The position numbers and the translations under genes were made by a program. DNA of 64,000 nucleotides. It comes from Lingula anatina (lineage: Eukaryota; Animalia; Brachiopoda). The notes beneath the pieces were generated by a model. That model ran no database searches. It saw only the letters and a program-made list of their open reading frames with translations, and was not told the DNA's origin. Shown in pieces: positions 25,098-38,797 of the stretch. The stretch's first letter is position 1, and the number at the start of each line of letters is the position of its first letter. The stretch lies in NCBI GenBank assembly GCA_051362555.1, contig CM120647.1, positions 17,026,651 to 17,090,650 on the forward strand. Direction: 5' to 3'.

Positions 25098-27448
25098 TTA
25101 TTCCATTAACTTGCCAAACAACGCATGTACAATAGTCATAAACAGGACGCAAACAACAAAACTAAACGTGTTCCAACCAAACGACAGCGTTAACAGTGAA
25201 AGTACAGGAATAAGAGCAGCAAAATAATAAATCGTTTCAACAGAGAACGGCAACATTTCATGCTCTCCGTCCGCATGCTCTATGATGCTGTTGCCCCTGG
25301 AGGAGGAGTCACTTTCTACAGTAGAGAACAGTTTCGTAACTGAGCCATCGCTCTGCTTAGAGTTAGCGGTCGCATCCAGGTTAGTTTCGAACGAACTATA
25401 GTGTCCAGCAAGGCCGTTCTCATGCATGGTTTGAACATCATCATTCAAGCTATTCTCCCTACTTCGCGATCTGCTCGTGTCCACTTCGAATGGCCTCGGT
25501 TTTCCTGGAATTTATACAAAGATCATTGTTACTCAGGATGAGCCGGGAATTTAAAAGAAAGCGCGTGCACAGTCCTACAAGGTTCATACATCAAGCGATC
25601 TCGCAATTCATTTTACTTGCGTCTAAACTCTAAGACACATTTGTCATTTGCTAGCGCTTTGGCTAAACTAAATAAAATTACCCCCATGTCCCACAAAAAT
25701 GCCATGCACAATCAAGTTTCGGTTCGTTTATGTATGGCCAAAAGCACCAATCTGCAACCGAAGTGCCACAGAACTAACGACTGAAATTAACTGGTGATTA
25801 ATGATGCTCTTCTCAGTAAATTTTCAAGCTGTCAGCTTTCTTTTACACGGGTTGATTCTGCTTCACTTTGATTACGTTGAACTGATACGGAACGTATTCA
25901 CTGTGAAGGAATGTTTTCTCAGATAAGAAGCGAAGTCAGCAAGTTAGGTATGGCTTTTCACAATATTTACAAAGAAATATGTACATTAATTTCATTTCGA
26001 GAAATAAGACAAATATGAGAGACGCTTTAAAACTAAGTTCCGCTAACATAAGGTAACCGCAGTAAATAGGGAAAGCAGGTGCGGGTGTAAAACATACAAA
26101 TTCTTTTAGAACACGTTAAGGATAGGTAGGTTAGGGTAGGTGTCAGAAGATGTATGGGTGCTTAGGTAGGTACATTAACTATGAAAGAGGCATTTCATGG
26201 TCTCTAGCTAGGATGATAAAACCGAATTATTATTTCCTTAGAGACTAAATAACATAAACACGTTTCGGTCCACCACCTACGGACTTTGGTCTCGTGAATG
26301 GTGATCTCGCTCCAGAATCAGTTCACATTTGGACCCAACGCCCCCCCACCCCCCACCCCACCCCCCAACACACACTCAGCCGCGTCCAGGACCTCCAACT
26401 CCGCTGGTTTACGACAGTGTCTTGTTTTATGAGCGTCGGATTTCAGGTGCGACATTACTATTCACGTGACCAAGGTCCATAAGAGGTCGTGTTTGATATT
26501 TAGTCTATAAGTAAAGAAAATTTCTATTTTAGGTATATATAATTCGGTGTAGTTACATAGGTAGGCAGTTTTAGGCAGGTATATATATGGGTCTCATTAT
26601 GTTGGGATGTTCTATATGTTCCGTGAATGCACACATTTATTCAACTGAGAATAACATGTAACGGTCAAGGGCCGGCTGATATTATTTCTGTTAACATGTC
26701 TTTCATAAAACCCTATTTGTAGCGACCAAAATAAATTAAATCCGATTGTTTCTTTTTGCTAATAAGAGAAATAACAGGTTTGCACGGTACTGGGGTACTG
26801 GTTGTGTGCAATGGGTCATGCATCCTGTTTAAACGTTTGGAAACAATGTTCGAGTGATATATTTATTATATATTTATCCTCTAAGAAATAACAGAAATGT
26901 CACCAAAACAAAGACAAACACCGCTTCTGTCATACTTAAAATAATCCAAAGAAAGCGCTTTCTGGGAATAAGACGTGTAACACATAAAGAGCAGTGGAAA
27001 GGAAGGCTGGATCATCCTTTATGAACAAACTAGCATGCCAATGAGCTCAAGCACATGCGAAACATGCCATTTTCGTCATACATAGGATTGTTAAATTACA
27101 GAATGTCCTGGAACTACCTGGTGGGGAAAGAATGCCCAGTTACATGCAAGTCTTAAAGGTTAACGCTGGGATGAGATGAAACCTGGTTAATTAAGGATAA
27201 AAGGAAGTCTGAGGGCAAACATGTTTGTATCTACACTCTTCGTAAATTGTGAAACGTGCGTAATTCAAATGAACGGTTTATATTTGATTGAGTGTGTTAA
27301 TACCCGGTAGTATACAGAGCATAAAATGGGGAATGCATTTGAAGTACCCACGTACCACACAATTCGTTTCAATAAATATTGGTAGATAAAAGTTATTAGG
27401 AGAAAGACATATGCTACCTTCCATCTCTCTCTTTCTCTCTCTCCCCAT

Positions 27449-27496
<48 letters not shown>

Positions 27497-30400
27497 ACTG
27501 AACTTTACTTACTTCTTTTCCTAGATTGTCTAGTGTCAGCGGTTGGTTTTGAGTCGGGTTCAATATCTGGCAACACTTTTAGTTTTTTATCCTCTATGAA
27601 TGATATATCATTTGTTCCAGAGTCACCATTCGGTAAACCCTTCTTAGTCTTTTTCACTATAGAGTCCCTTATGGCCTGATATCTCGCATCATCTCGTTGT
27701 TTCTCGGACTTTGCCACAGCATCCTGTACAACCTGTCTTCCATGTTTATCCAGCAACGAGGAATCATTTTGTATTAACTTGTCATTCTCTAAATGTCCTT
27801 TGTGCTGTGACTTTTTATTGGATTTGCTAAGGAGAGAAGCGTGTTTCCGCGCCTTTTTATATTCTTTCCGTAATTGTTCTAAGGAGCTGAGCACAGGAGA
27901 AGGCGGCAGCCTGCTGTACTCTTGTTCTTCCCTCTCCTCGTCGCTGATGTTCTCTGTTATAGTGGACACCATGGGGGAGAGGGACACAGCACGTGGGTTG
28001 TTGCGATGGCGACGAGGACTAGGGGATCTGGAGCGGGATCGTGCCTCTCCTAGGGAAGAAAGAATAATACAAACAGTATAATATCCCTTTTGATGCAGTA
28101 TTATTTCGGTGCTTTGCTTACACTCTGGTGTTTTTAAAATGTGTTCATTTGTTTTCTTTATGGTACTGAGATGGGTGTCAAGTGACCTTTTGCAAAAAGT
28201 AATTAATGAATTGGGTAAATAAATATAAAAACCCAGGACTACCACCAACATTCATAATAAATAAATAAATAAATAATGAGTGAGTAAAAATATGGCAAGA
28301 TTCCACGTGGCCATTTAATGCCGCCCATGCAAGTTAAATCTGAGTCTGATTTAAGTTGTGTTATCACGTGACCTGGGACGGTTGGAAGTGGTGTGCAAGG
28401 CGACTGTTGGGTCAATATGCAGCAATTTCTGTCGGAAATGATCTCCTATCCCACTGCTTTGAAGTCATTAAACAGCTCCAGTGAATATTGCCCTCTAGTT
28501 CATTGATTTAATTCCCGCATTGGGCATCGCCTCCTCGTTTTCGGGCTAAGAAATCAATTTCTGTGAATTGCAGCGGCAACGACCTTCCGCTATTTATATC
28601 CAATTAGTACATTGATGAACAAACCAATGCATGTGTTCTTGTATGTATGTGCGTGTGTGCAATCAAACTATTTGAATATTCTGGTGCAACAGGAATGGTA
28701 GCCCCTTCCCCATTATTGTATACAGGTGACATTCCCTAATATGCTGACTTTGAAATTACCGGTTAACCCTGTCCTGTACTAGATATTGGTGAGCTGGACT
28801 TGTTTTCTAGGACTATGGAACCCATCTCACTAGACTGATCTCGTTTTTATTAACCATGACCTTCACCCTCACCGATGACGTCAATGAGTGATATAATTGA
28901 GAAAACATGGCTGCTGCATGTAGGTTCATCTCACCTTTAACAGATATATAACCTAAAGTAGAGCTGCTTCCTTCCTTGTTTTCAGCTTTACACTTATATG
29001 CCCCTTCGTCTTGCTTCCATACAGTCGAAATTGTCAATTTGTGTCGTCCGCCATCGTGTTCTATTTTATACGGAAATTCATTGGTCAATACTTGGTCCTC
29101 CTTGTACCACGTGACCTCTGGGACAGGGAATCCGGATAGTAAACATTCTAGAGACACTGTTTCTCCAGCATCTACTTCTTGGTAGGTTCGCAGTCTTTCT
29201 TTGAAATCTGGAGCTGCAATTACAAAGGGTCCAAAATTTGAGTTGTTTTCAAGCAAGGAATCAAAAAAAAAAAAAAAAAAATTTAAGAATGAATGAACCA
29301 ATGATAATGTGAATGGATGAGTTGATGTAAGATTGAATGATGGAGTGAGTCAATAAAGCAATTAATTAATATTCAGTTATTTAAAAAATCCGTACACAAT
29401 GAAAATTTCTTAACGTAAGTCTAATCACTGCTCTCAGATACATTCCAAATCTTAATATTATTTAAACAGTAAAATGATAAGAACTTAATAAAACCTGCGG
29501 TGGGTTGTATTAAAAGATTAAAATGACCAATTATCTATTGACACAAGCACATTTTGATACAGTGGCCATGACCCTACGATAAAGTACATGGAGAGTGCAT
29601 ATCTCTTTACGTACACTTACTTAACAGAAAAAGAAATGTTTCAGAAACATTTTCTTAAACCCCTAACCCATAGACCTATTTGGCTACCCCGGTGGCATAA
29701 CTGAATGAACGAAGTAAACACAAGTGCTATCAAGCCACCATACTACTAATGTCAGACGAACGGCATTTAAAAGTACATGTGCACTTGGACATATCAATGC
29801 AGGATGATAACTGTGCTAAATTGGGTGAATCGAAGAGTTCAAATTAATTCATCCAAGAAATTATTTTCGACTGAAAAAATTGAGTGGCTTTTACAGAAGG
29901 CAGCACTTTAAACCCAATCATAAACGGATACCATAACCCGGCGTACTCTCCAGAATTAGATTACATGAACTGTGGTTATCTTAGCTGGCTTCAATAAAGC
30001 ATTACTCTGCTGCCAATTTCCCCTATGAACTGAAGTGAATTTAAATGTGTTGTTGGAAGTAGCGAACAATTTTGCCGAGAAACAAATGGGTTTAATTTAA
30101 AAGTAACGTCCATCGATGAAATAATTTTTAGTTTCATCTAAATGCAACACTTGCCATTCTTCTAAAACAATTGCAAAACTTATTAGGGAAACGTTTTTAC
30201 TTTTAAATCAAATCGCTCTCCGTTTAATCCACTTAGAAAATGACAGATAGAGATACGGAGTACCGAAACAGTCTTTCCTAACTCAGACCAGGGGTTTAAA
30301 GACCCCACTGGGTATTATGCCAAAAGCCACACAATGATTAAATCTATAGAATATAACATACATGTTTCAGAAGATTGGAACTGACACAATCCCTGATAGC

Positions 30401-32182
30401 AGAGATCGATTGTCCGGCATGATAAAATTATAGCACTTCTGGTAAGTTTTGTCCCTCTAGACAGAAAAAGATACGTTCATAAAAGTACATCCACAGTAAA
30501 AAACAGTATAAACAAATTATGTCTACGTTTTTTAACAAAGGGGTATCCCTTTTTTAAGACAGATAGGTAAATATTTATATTTAAACGCGATGGAAATATA
30601 ATTAACTAATGAACAGATAAGTAAGGTAAAACGGCTCGTGGACAAGCAAATCATTGTTCGGTCAAGAACGCGTGACTATAGCAGTAAGGTTAATCAGATT
30701 TTAAAGTAAATATGAATCATTACTTGTATGCATGCGAATATAAGCATTCCAAAGATGGCAACATCCATGCATGTATTGTTAAGTAAATATAAAAATTACC
30801 GGCTCATCGCTTAAAATCAACTAAAATTCTTTGATTGATGTTTGCTTGAGCGACCCAAACACAGAACACATGTGCCTCCATAATCTACAGAATATTCCGC
30901 ATTACACCAAATTATCAATTATTTGTATGTTCTCCATAAGAAGTCGAATATATTAACATAAAATTTTGGCCATAGATTTCTGAAGTGAAAAAGAAAACTT
31001 AATTTTACTCGTTCCATATAGTAAGGTACCAGTGCGCTAGAGTGTATGTTCTCCTATTAGTTATCTATGTGGTACTTAGCTATAGCCATTAGTGAAATGA
31101 AGGAAACGTGTTACAGCAGTTTATATCTCTCTCTGTATGTCAGCTACTTCCTTATTTATGGAATTTGTATACCTCGAAACGAATGTTTACCAACGAGAGA
31201 AATAGAGAGACAGAGAAAGGGAGAGAAAGGGAGAGAAAGGGAGAGCGAGCGGTGAGAGGGGACATTTACTCCAGACCATATTTTATCGAACCCGACAACA
31301 ATGTGGCGATAAGAATAAACATGAATAATTACAAGAAATAAATTATTTTTTTAAATAAAAGATTCATTAATAAAGCCAGGCGTTCTGTATATTCCCGGCA
31401 ACATGGTATGTGCATGTGCTAGCAGATGATTAACAACCTCTCAACAGAACAGCCAGGTGAAGATGCCCCCTTGCAGAGTGTTTTGGCAAAGGTTAAGCAT
31501 CAAATGAGGGACCAATGCTATCAGGATAGGTACTTTTAAATGGTGATACAAAAAAAGGGATTATTCATCACAAAACGAAATGGTATTCTTAAAATTACTC
31601 TACATTTTTTAATTTTTCATTCTTAATAAAGCAGACAGATTGCAGACTTATGAGCAATACAAGTAATATGGCAAATTCAGTTTAGAGATTCAATATTTTA
31701 TCTGTGCCTCATTTGAGTGCAAATGGTTTCTCAAGATGGTAACAAAAAAACTTTTTAGTACAAGTACTAGAACAGCACTGCGAGAGCGCAGACCTCCGCC
31801 AAGGCAGCAGTTTTTGATTATTATTGATTATTGATTGATTATTGATCCGGATCACCACCAAAAACTAACCATCTCTTCCTTGGTCCACTTCTGACAGTTC
31901 CTCAAATTTTCATAAAAGTCGGTCCATTACTTTTTGAGTTATGTTGATGACAAACAAACAGACAAACAGGGGTGAAAACATAACCTCCTTGGCGGAGGTA
32001 AAAAGGCTGTTGATCCAGGTTATGAATTCGTTGGACGTGGAGGCACATTCTGCTATCATTACATCTCACGGTATCAGGAAATAATTAGAGTGACATTGAC
32101 ACTTTGGGAAAAATAATAAAACGGGGATGAAATGGGAGCATCCATACCAAAATCAATAATATCTAATAGTGGGGACGCATTG

Positions 32183-32230
<48 letters not shown>

Positions 32231-34194
32231 TCTTTCTTTTTTTCATTTTTCTTTCTCTTTTTTTCTTTCAATTTTCCTTCATATTTGAGATTATTAAAAC
32301 GACACTTTGGAGGTTTAAATGAACTGCCTGTCTTATTTCCTAAAGTGAGCTGTTTATTATACTCAAAAGGCTACAGAACCAAAATAAAACATGCCCTGAC
32401 TTCCGCACAACATGATTTCATTACAACCCAAGGTTTCAAAAGATTATGAAAAATGATATATCACATTAGGAAGAGAGCAGATGTATGTTTGCTAACCTCA
32501 CGAAACCACACGTTATCGCTATATGGTTTCATAAGATTACCAGACAGTCAGGGTTAATATCTATGCTATCGCAGCTTGGTAAACATAACAAGAACTCTTT
32601 AGTAAAGATTCAAAATCACCAAGCCGATAAAACATATGTGATTCCTAGATCCTGTCGTACTAACTGTTGATCGATCTATCCCTTAGGGGATTCTCGCTAA
32701 ATTGCAATCAACTTAAGCGGCTTAGGTGTCTGTCACGCCTACTGAAGCTTCTAGGGGGTAATTAATTATCGTTTTGCAGCTTCAGTAGGCGTGACAGACA
32801 TCTAAGCCGCTTAAGTTGAAAGAAATTTCGCGAAAAACCCCTCGGAGATGGTTCGATCCTGTAAGATCGATCTTCGATTTAGGTGTGGAAACCCAACAGA
32901 CACAAAAAGGAAGAAGAAGCTCGTAACGTTCCCGATTACATGTATGATATTAAATATGGCCCTGCAGTGGCGAACCCAAGAGGGTCTGCGCATGCCCACT
33001 AGTTTTTGAAGCACCCCCCTTATAAAGAATAGTAAAATAATATTTTATCTTGCCCCCCCCCCCTAAAAAAACACACATAAATACACTCACCTTAACAAAA
33101 CCAGTATTCGTCAGTGTTGTTTTGTAAGACATATGACATATTAGTGTGGTATTTCAATAATACCAACAAACCCGAATCCCTTTCCTTGGGATGAAATATC
33201 GTCTGCTCAACATTCATTTCAAGTAAGACTTAAAAAGGCAATAAAGCACCCCCCAAATTATACAGGTCCCAAGAAAATCTCATCTCTGCTGTAAACATGC
33301 CTCTGTCGTTTCGTTGACTGGTAGAATGGCAGACCCATGCTGATGGCAGAGGAACGGATTTCCAGAGAGCTCTGAAACGCAGGGTGCCACATGGATGCCA
33401 CTCTTAGATAATTAACTGACGATGAAATCGGCTCCCGCAAAGTTGCTTACAGCACACGGAGATTAAAATAACACTTACATAGGTAGACAAAATACAAATA
33501 GTTGTTAAAACAGGGACGTGGGATGACAAAAACGCTGTTCGGCAGCCGTTAAAGACCTGTAATTTACCTGCATGCGGGTAAATTGGACCCTCCTGCGGTA
33601 CCATTTTACCATGTTGTCTAAAGGGGAAAAAGATTCCTACCGGACTGCTTGATATAAAGTTCCAGTATGGAGAAAATGCCATACATACCGTAATATATGT
33701 CTTTTTTTTCAAGTCAGTGAGGTATTTTTTTTAAAAATAGGCTTTAAAATATTTCATTTCCCATTTGCACTAAGCTGCCTTTAAAAAGCTGTGCCACATT
33801 TACTTTTTTGGTAGGTTTACTGAAGTTCTTACATCAGTGTTGTTAGATTGAGAAAAAACACTTTAAAAGTGATACCAGTGCAATCCATTAATTTGTATCT
33901 TAAGCGTCGTCTTTGGCGGCCATTTGCATGTCCTTAGACAGTCTGATGAATGATGAAATAGTTTGGAACGTCAATAAATCCCAAAGATAGGGCAAAGATC
34001 AGAACATTTATCAATAAAAATGGTGGAATGTTGAACTACCGTGATCTCGACTTGAATAACAGTTGAGTGATAGTCCAAGAAGTGAACTGAAAAGTTGAAG
34101 ATAACACTAATCGCACTGCGTGATAGAATGTCACTGATTTTCTTTCTTTCTTTTTTCATTTTTTCTTTTCTTTTCTTTTTTTTCTTTGACTTTT

Positions 34195-34227
<33 letters not shown>

Positions 34228-35032
34228 TTTTTGACGTTCGCAATTATTCGACGTAAGACTTGTTTTCTACTTTTCTTCCTTCGTTATCGTGTCATTCCGG
34301 TTTATCCCGGTTCACTCTGCATTCCAATGAACGGTTAGAATCTTACGGCCTGCATTTAAGGGGTCGGTACAGAGCCGCCTCTATCATGGGTATGACAAAT
34401 TCGGGGGGGGGGGGAGATTGGGGGGGGGAGATCGACGGAAGTTAAAACCACAACCCTTTTTGGTCTGTAAATGCCCGTACTGAATCAAAATCATCCTACG
34501 TTGTATGCCATGTCTTAAATTAGTCAACTATTAGTTAAAATGACCCACTTCAGTTTTTCGGTATTTCAGAAATTGCTTTCTACAGGCCTGGTATGTATAC
34601 ATATATGCCTTTGCTAGAAACTAATCGACAATTTGCGGTGACCAATACCAAACATTTCCGATAACTTATGAGAATATATCGTCTGGTATAAGTCTACCAA
34701 TCCAACGACCACCCCACTGCAAGCCCTTGGCTAATTAGTGCTGAGGTCGACAGCAGTAAATACAATTATTGTGATTTAATATCTCGTAAGGTGACTAAGA
34801 CCGCGGCAGATATATGTATGCATACTGGAAGTAATGGATGTGCAAGTTACAGTTCGGAATGATGAGATGTTACCACGCGAAAGATGTAGTTCTTTAAAAG
34901 GAAATTGCCTTTTGTAATAAATGACAATAATGCATGAGCGTTTTTCAAGTAAGGTACTTGTACTTATGTTACAGCACGGGCGTGGTAATGATGGGGTGTG
35001 CATGTAATGAGGTCCAACCACATCGTAAAATC

Positions 35033-35063
<31 letters not shown>

Positions 35064-35657
35064 CAGATTGGATGCTCTTTATTCATTAAAATTAATCAAA
35101 AACTTTATCTGCTTTGGGCTAAAATTTGGGTCCCAACAAAGAACAAAATCAAATGACAACTTCATCAATGTTTTGTTATGATATCATTCCTCATGCTAAA
35201 TAACAACGTAACACGACCACCAATTTAAAATTCTAATACCGCAAAATGGGTGCCTCAAAATAGGCTTATTGATCATATAATATGGTAAATGCAATTCTAT
35301 CATGCCCTCGCTAGAATATCAGAAATGTCAGACGCAGCGCGTTGCAGAGAGGAACACATTTTCCACGTGCACCATCGGAGTAAAGTCGGTGTTTGGTCCC
35401 ATTTCAATCAATATTTGATCTGTATCAACAGGCACTTGCTTGCTTTACCTCTTTAATTCCTTAAGGCGCTGTCATGCATCAATAATCGTCTCTTTCATAA
35501 TCCCATCTGTACACAATCACGTTATACGCTGTGTGAGTGCTACATGAATATTGTCGCGTTTAAAACAGTTTTTTTTTTTTGCCAAGAAAGAAAAAAAAGA
35601 AAGAACGACCGACAGCAAGAAAGAAAGAAAGAAACAAAGAAACAAAGAAAATACAAA

Positions 35658-35716
<59 letters not shown>

Positions 35717-35726
35717 CAGGCTCTCC

Positions 35727-35757
<31 letters not shown>

Positions 35758-36878
35758 CACTCACAACAAACACTCTGTAATCACTCCTTACTCATTAAGT
35801 AAATAAGTGTCAAACTGAACAAAAATGGCACAAAGCACAAAACTATAAGTAAACAAGGCTCTAGCATCCCGGACAAGTGAGGAAACCGCCCCTTGCGCAC
35901 GGCTACCCATACAAGATACACCAACTTCTCCTTGGCAGAAATTCTAATCTCAGTAAGCAGGCCATTTGGTCATTAGCTGCAAGACGGTCGATTTTAATCA
36001 TACGATATTCATTAATTTCCCAGGAAAAATGACGGAGTGTGTTTTACTATTGTCTAACGATGAAGTTGAAAATTACAGATACGCTCTATGCTGTGGCATT
36101 GTGAGTGTGTGTGAGTGTGTGACTGTTTTTTTGAAAAGAGAAATAAATTGATAAAACAACTAAAAACGACGAAATTTATGCTGCATGTGGATATTTTTCC
36201 AATTGGCATCTGCCATTTGCACACCTTTACTCTGCATGCCCGTGGAGGTAATTTTTTTTTTTTTTTTTTTTGAGGGGGAGAGCCTCGATAAAGCCAGGGC
36301 CCTTATCATGGAGGCGCATCTACCAGTACGGTTTTCTGTCCTTTCTATGGCATTTTTCTATCCAGCAAAAATTTTACTTCCACGGGATCAATTACAATAA
36401 CTGATACCTAGAGATTTAACTGGAATATGTCGTGCTGTAACAAGGCATGACGCCATTGAGACTGGGTCGCCTTACCTAGATCGATCTAACAGGATCGATC
36501 CCTCTCCGAGGGATTTCGCGCTAAATTGCTTGCAGCTTAAGCGGCGTAGATGTCTGGTACGCCTACTGAAGCTGCAAAACGATAATTAATTAACCCCTTA
36601 CATCTTCAGTAGGCGTGACAGACATCTAAGTCGCTTAAATTGATTGCAATTTAGGGAAAAAACGCTCGGAGATAGATCGATCCACAGTTAGTACGATGGG
36701 GTCTGGGAATGGGCCCTGACACGCGCACTGCTAACAATCTAATTTGAAGACGGTGAGACCCGCCTATAATATCCATAGCGGGGTTAATTGTGCGATGTCA
36801 CTACGGGAAAATCTAATCTACATCATTGCCACTGAGTTTGAATTCCTCATTTTGCGACCTAACGCCCAGGTAGAAAAT

Positions 36879-36924
<46 letters not shown>

Positions 36925-38766
36925 ATGGCACGTTATCTCCAGGAAATGCAATATGAAAAAATACAGAACATTAGTTTGAGAGACAGTGATAGATTTTCTG
37001 GCTTGAAGGCGGCCATGTGCGTCTTGGTCAATCAATAGGCCAACTTTCATACTTCAACTTCCACGAAAATCAAATAATCTATCAAGAATCGCATCCCCCA
37101 GTCTGGATATGAAATCCAAATGCCATCAAACAGAGTCGATAAGTCCAGAAAAAATACATGTTCCATCAAGATATCCATAAATTACTCTTAATTCCGTGCC
37201 TCGCGCCCTTCAAAACATTATTCCCTATTTGAAGTGGATTTTATTTTCAATTTCGCAAGTGTGTGAATAGATCATTTATTGGGCCCGGAAGCCCGATTGT
37301 TGGTAACTTTCATTTATCAAAGATAACGAGGTTCTAAACAAGACTTTTAGCAGCACTTTGTATGATCTTTAGTAGTCTGCCTGGCTATTATATGCAAAGG
37401 CATTGGCCATGCAATTTAGATTGCTCTTTATTACTGTTGTTATCATATCTGTTCTTTCGCTGTCGATCACTGAACCGTGAAAAAAAAAACCCAAAATCTG
37501 TTCGTTAACCTGCGGTCTTCAATAAGAGAGCAAGTTTTATTTCAGATCTATATGTTTTCCTCCTTGCCTGTTTAGTTTAATTTAGAAAGTAGGCTGCAAT
37601 AACTGCTGATCTATATTTACTGCGACGAGCATCTTACAGCTAGGTCTCTAGGAAAATGATAATGGGCTATTTCTGAATCGGTTCATTAACTTAGATGTTT
37701 TGCTCGCTGACTATTCTACTTTCCTCGGCCTTGATTAAAATCAAAGAAACCGTACGCTGATTTCTGGCTGCATTTGTAGCCGTGTTTCCACGTCCCATTA
37801 GCGTATCTCGACTATCGAGGTTTAAACTGACGTCAAAGAAATTCTGTTCTGTAACCGTCGGGTTTAGCGCTCTCATCTCTCATTTACCTGGAACGCACTG
37901 CAAGTAAATGCTAAGAAAACACACCCACCTATTACAAATTTACACAGCCGTTGCTTGAGTCCCATGCTAAACCACGGCGTTTATAAATACACCTGCTGCG
38001 TCCACATCTATAATACATCTATGTACAAAATTAAGTTTGCGGTCTGTCCAGTCCATTTCTGTGAGAAGTACAGCGTTCCAGGCTATTCCTTCAGCTCCTT
38101 CATTAACTTTGCTTTGAAGGCTTTAATCATTAAAATCATAGCAACGGCAAGACTGATCGCTCCAATAACATACATTGTGTAGGAATCCATGTTGGCGGGG
38201 GAAGGAGATCGTCTGCGGCGGATCAAACTTATCGTCTGCTTTCACGGGTTTGGAAATGACGCAGGAGAAAGAATTTGGTAAAACACCTCTGAGGAAGAGC
38301 TTTGGAATAAAAAAATTCAACTTATCATCGGCCAGTCATTCATGAAATATAACAGATACCGACGTGTAATAAATCCAGACTTCCTAACTCATAAACATGA
38401 TTGCCAGATGTTTTTCACTAGTTAGGAAATCTGCCCAAACCTTCAACGTTGAAAAAAACACACGGGGGGCAGAGGTGTCCTATATAATTAACTAAATAGA
38501 GCACCATCCCTACAATCCTCGGGTTTAAAACTATTAAGTACGCTAATGGCCGGTATCGTGTATTATTAATATTCAGGCAACAATTATCCTTTTTATTTGC
38601 CCTTTATATAAACGAATAAATGTTATACGTCCCGACTTTCTCGTCTACGTGGATTTACATAGCGATGGTGCTAACAAAGATAACACAGAATTCAATGGAA
38701 GAGTTTAAACCTAAACAGTGGTAGGTAGTTAGGAAAAAGGAAATAAGGGCAACAGGCATCTTCACC

Positions 38767-38797
<31 letters not shown>

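Noticed and set aside
23326-25098. Overlapping 3'UTRs of the convergent CRT-like and Ig genes
   Set aside because: AATAAA occurs on both strands (23580 on +; 23537 and 23841 on -) but is common in AT-rich DNA, so overlap cannot be shown without transcripts.
35540-35806. Low-complexity ORFs (IYIYIY, poly-K/F, ERERER) here and at 27265, 32074, 33971 and 53793
   Set aside because: Translations of microsatellites and homopolymer runs.
37691-37876. 61-aa minus-strand ORF as an exon of the Ig gene
   Set aside because: It lies just downstream of the microexon donor, i.e. in the intron, and has no phase-compatible splice sites.
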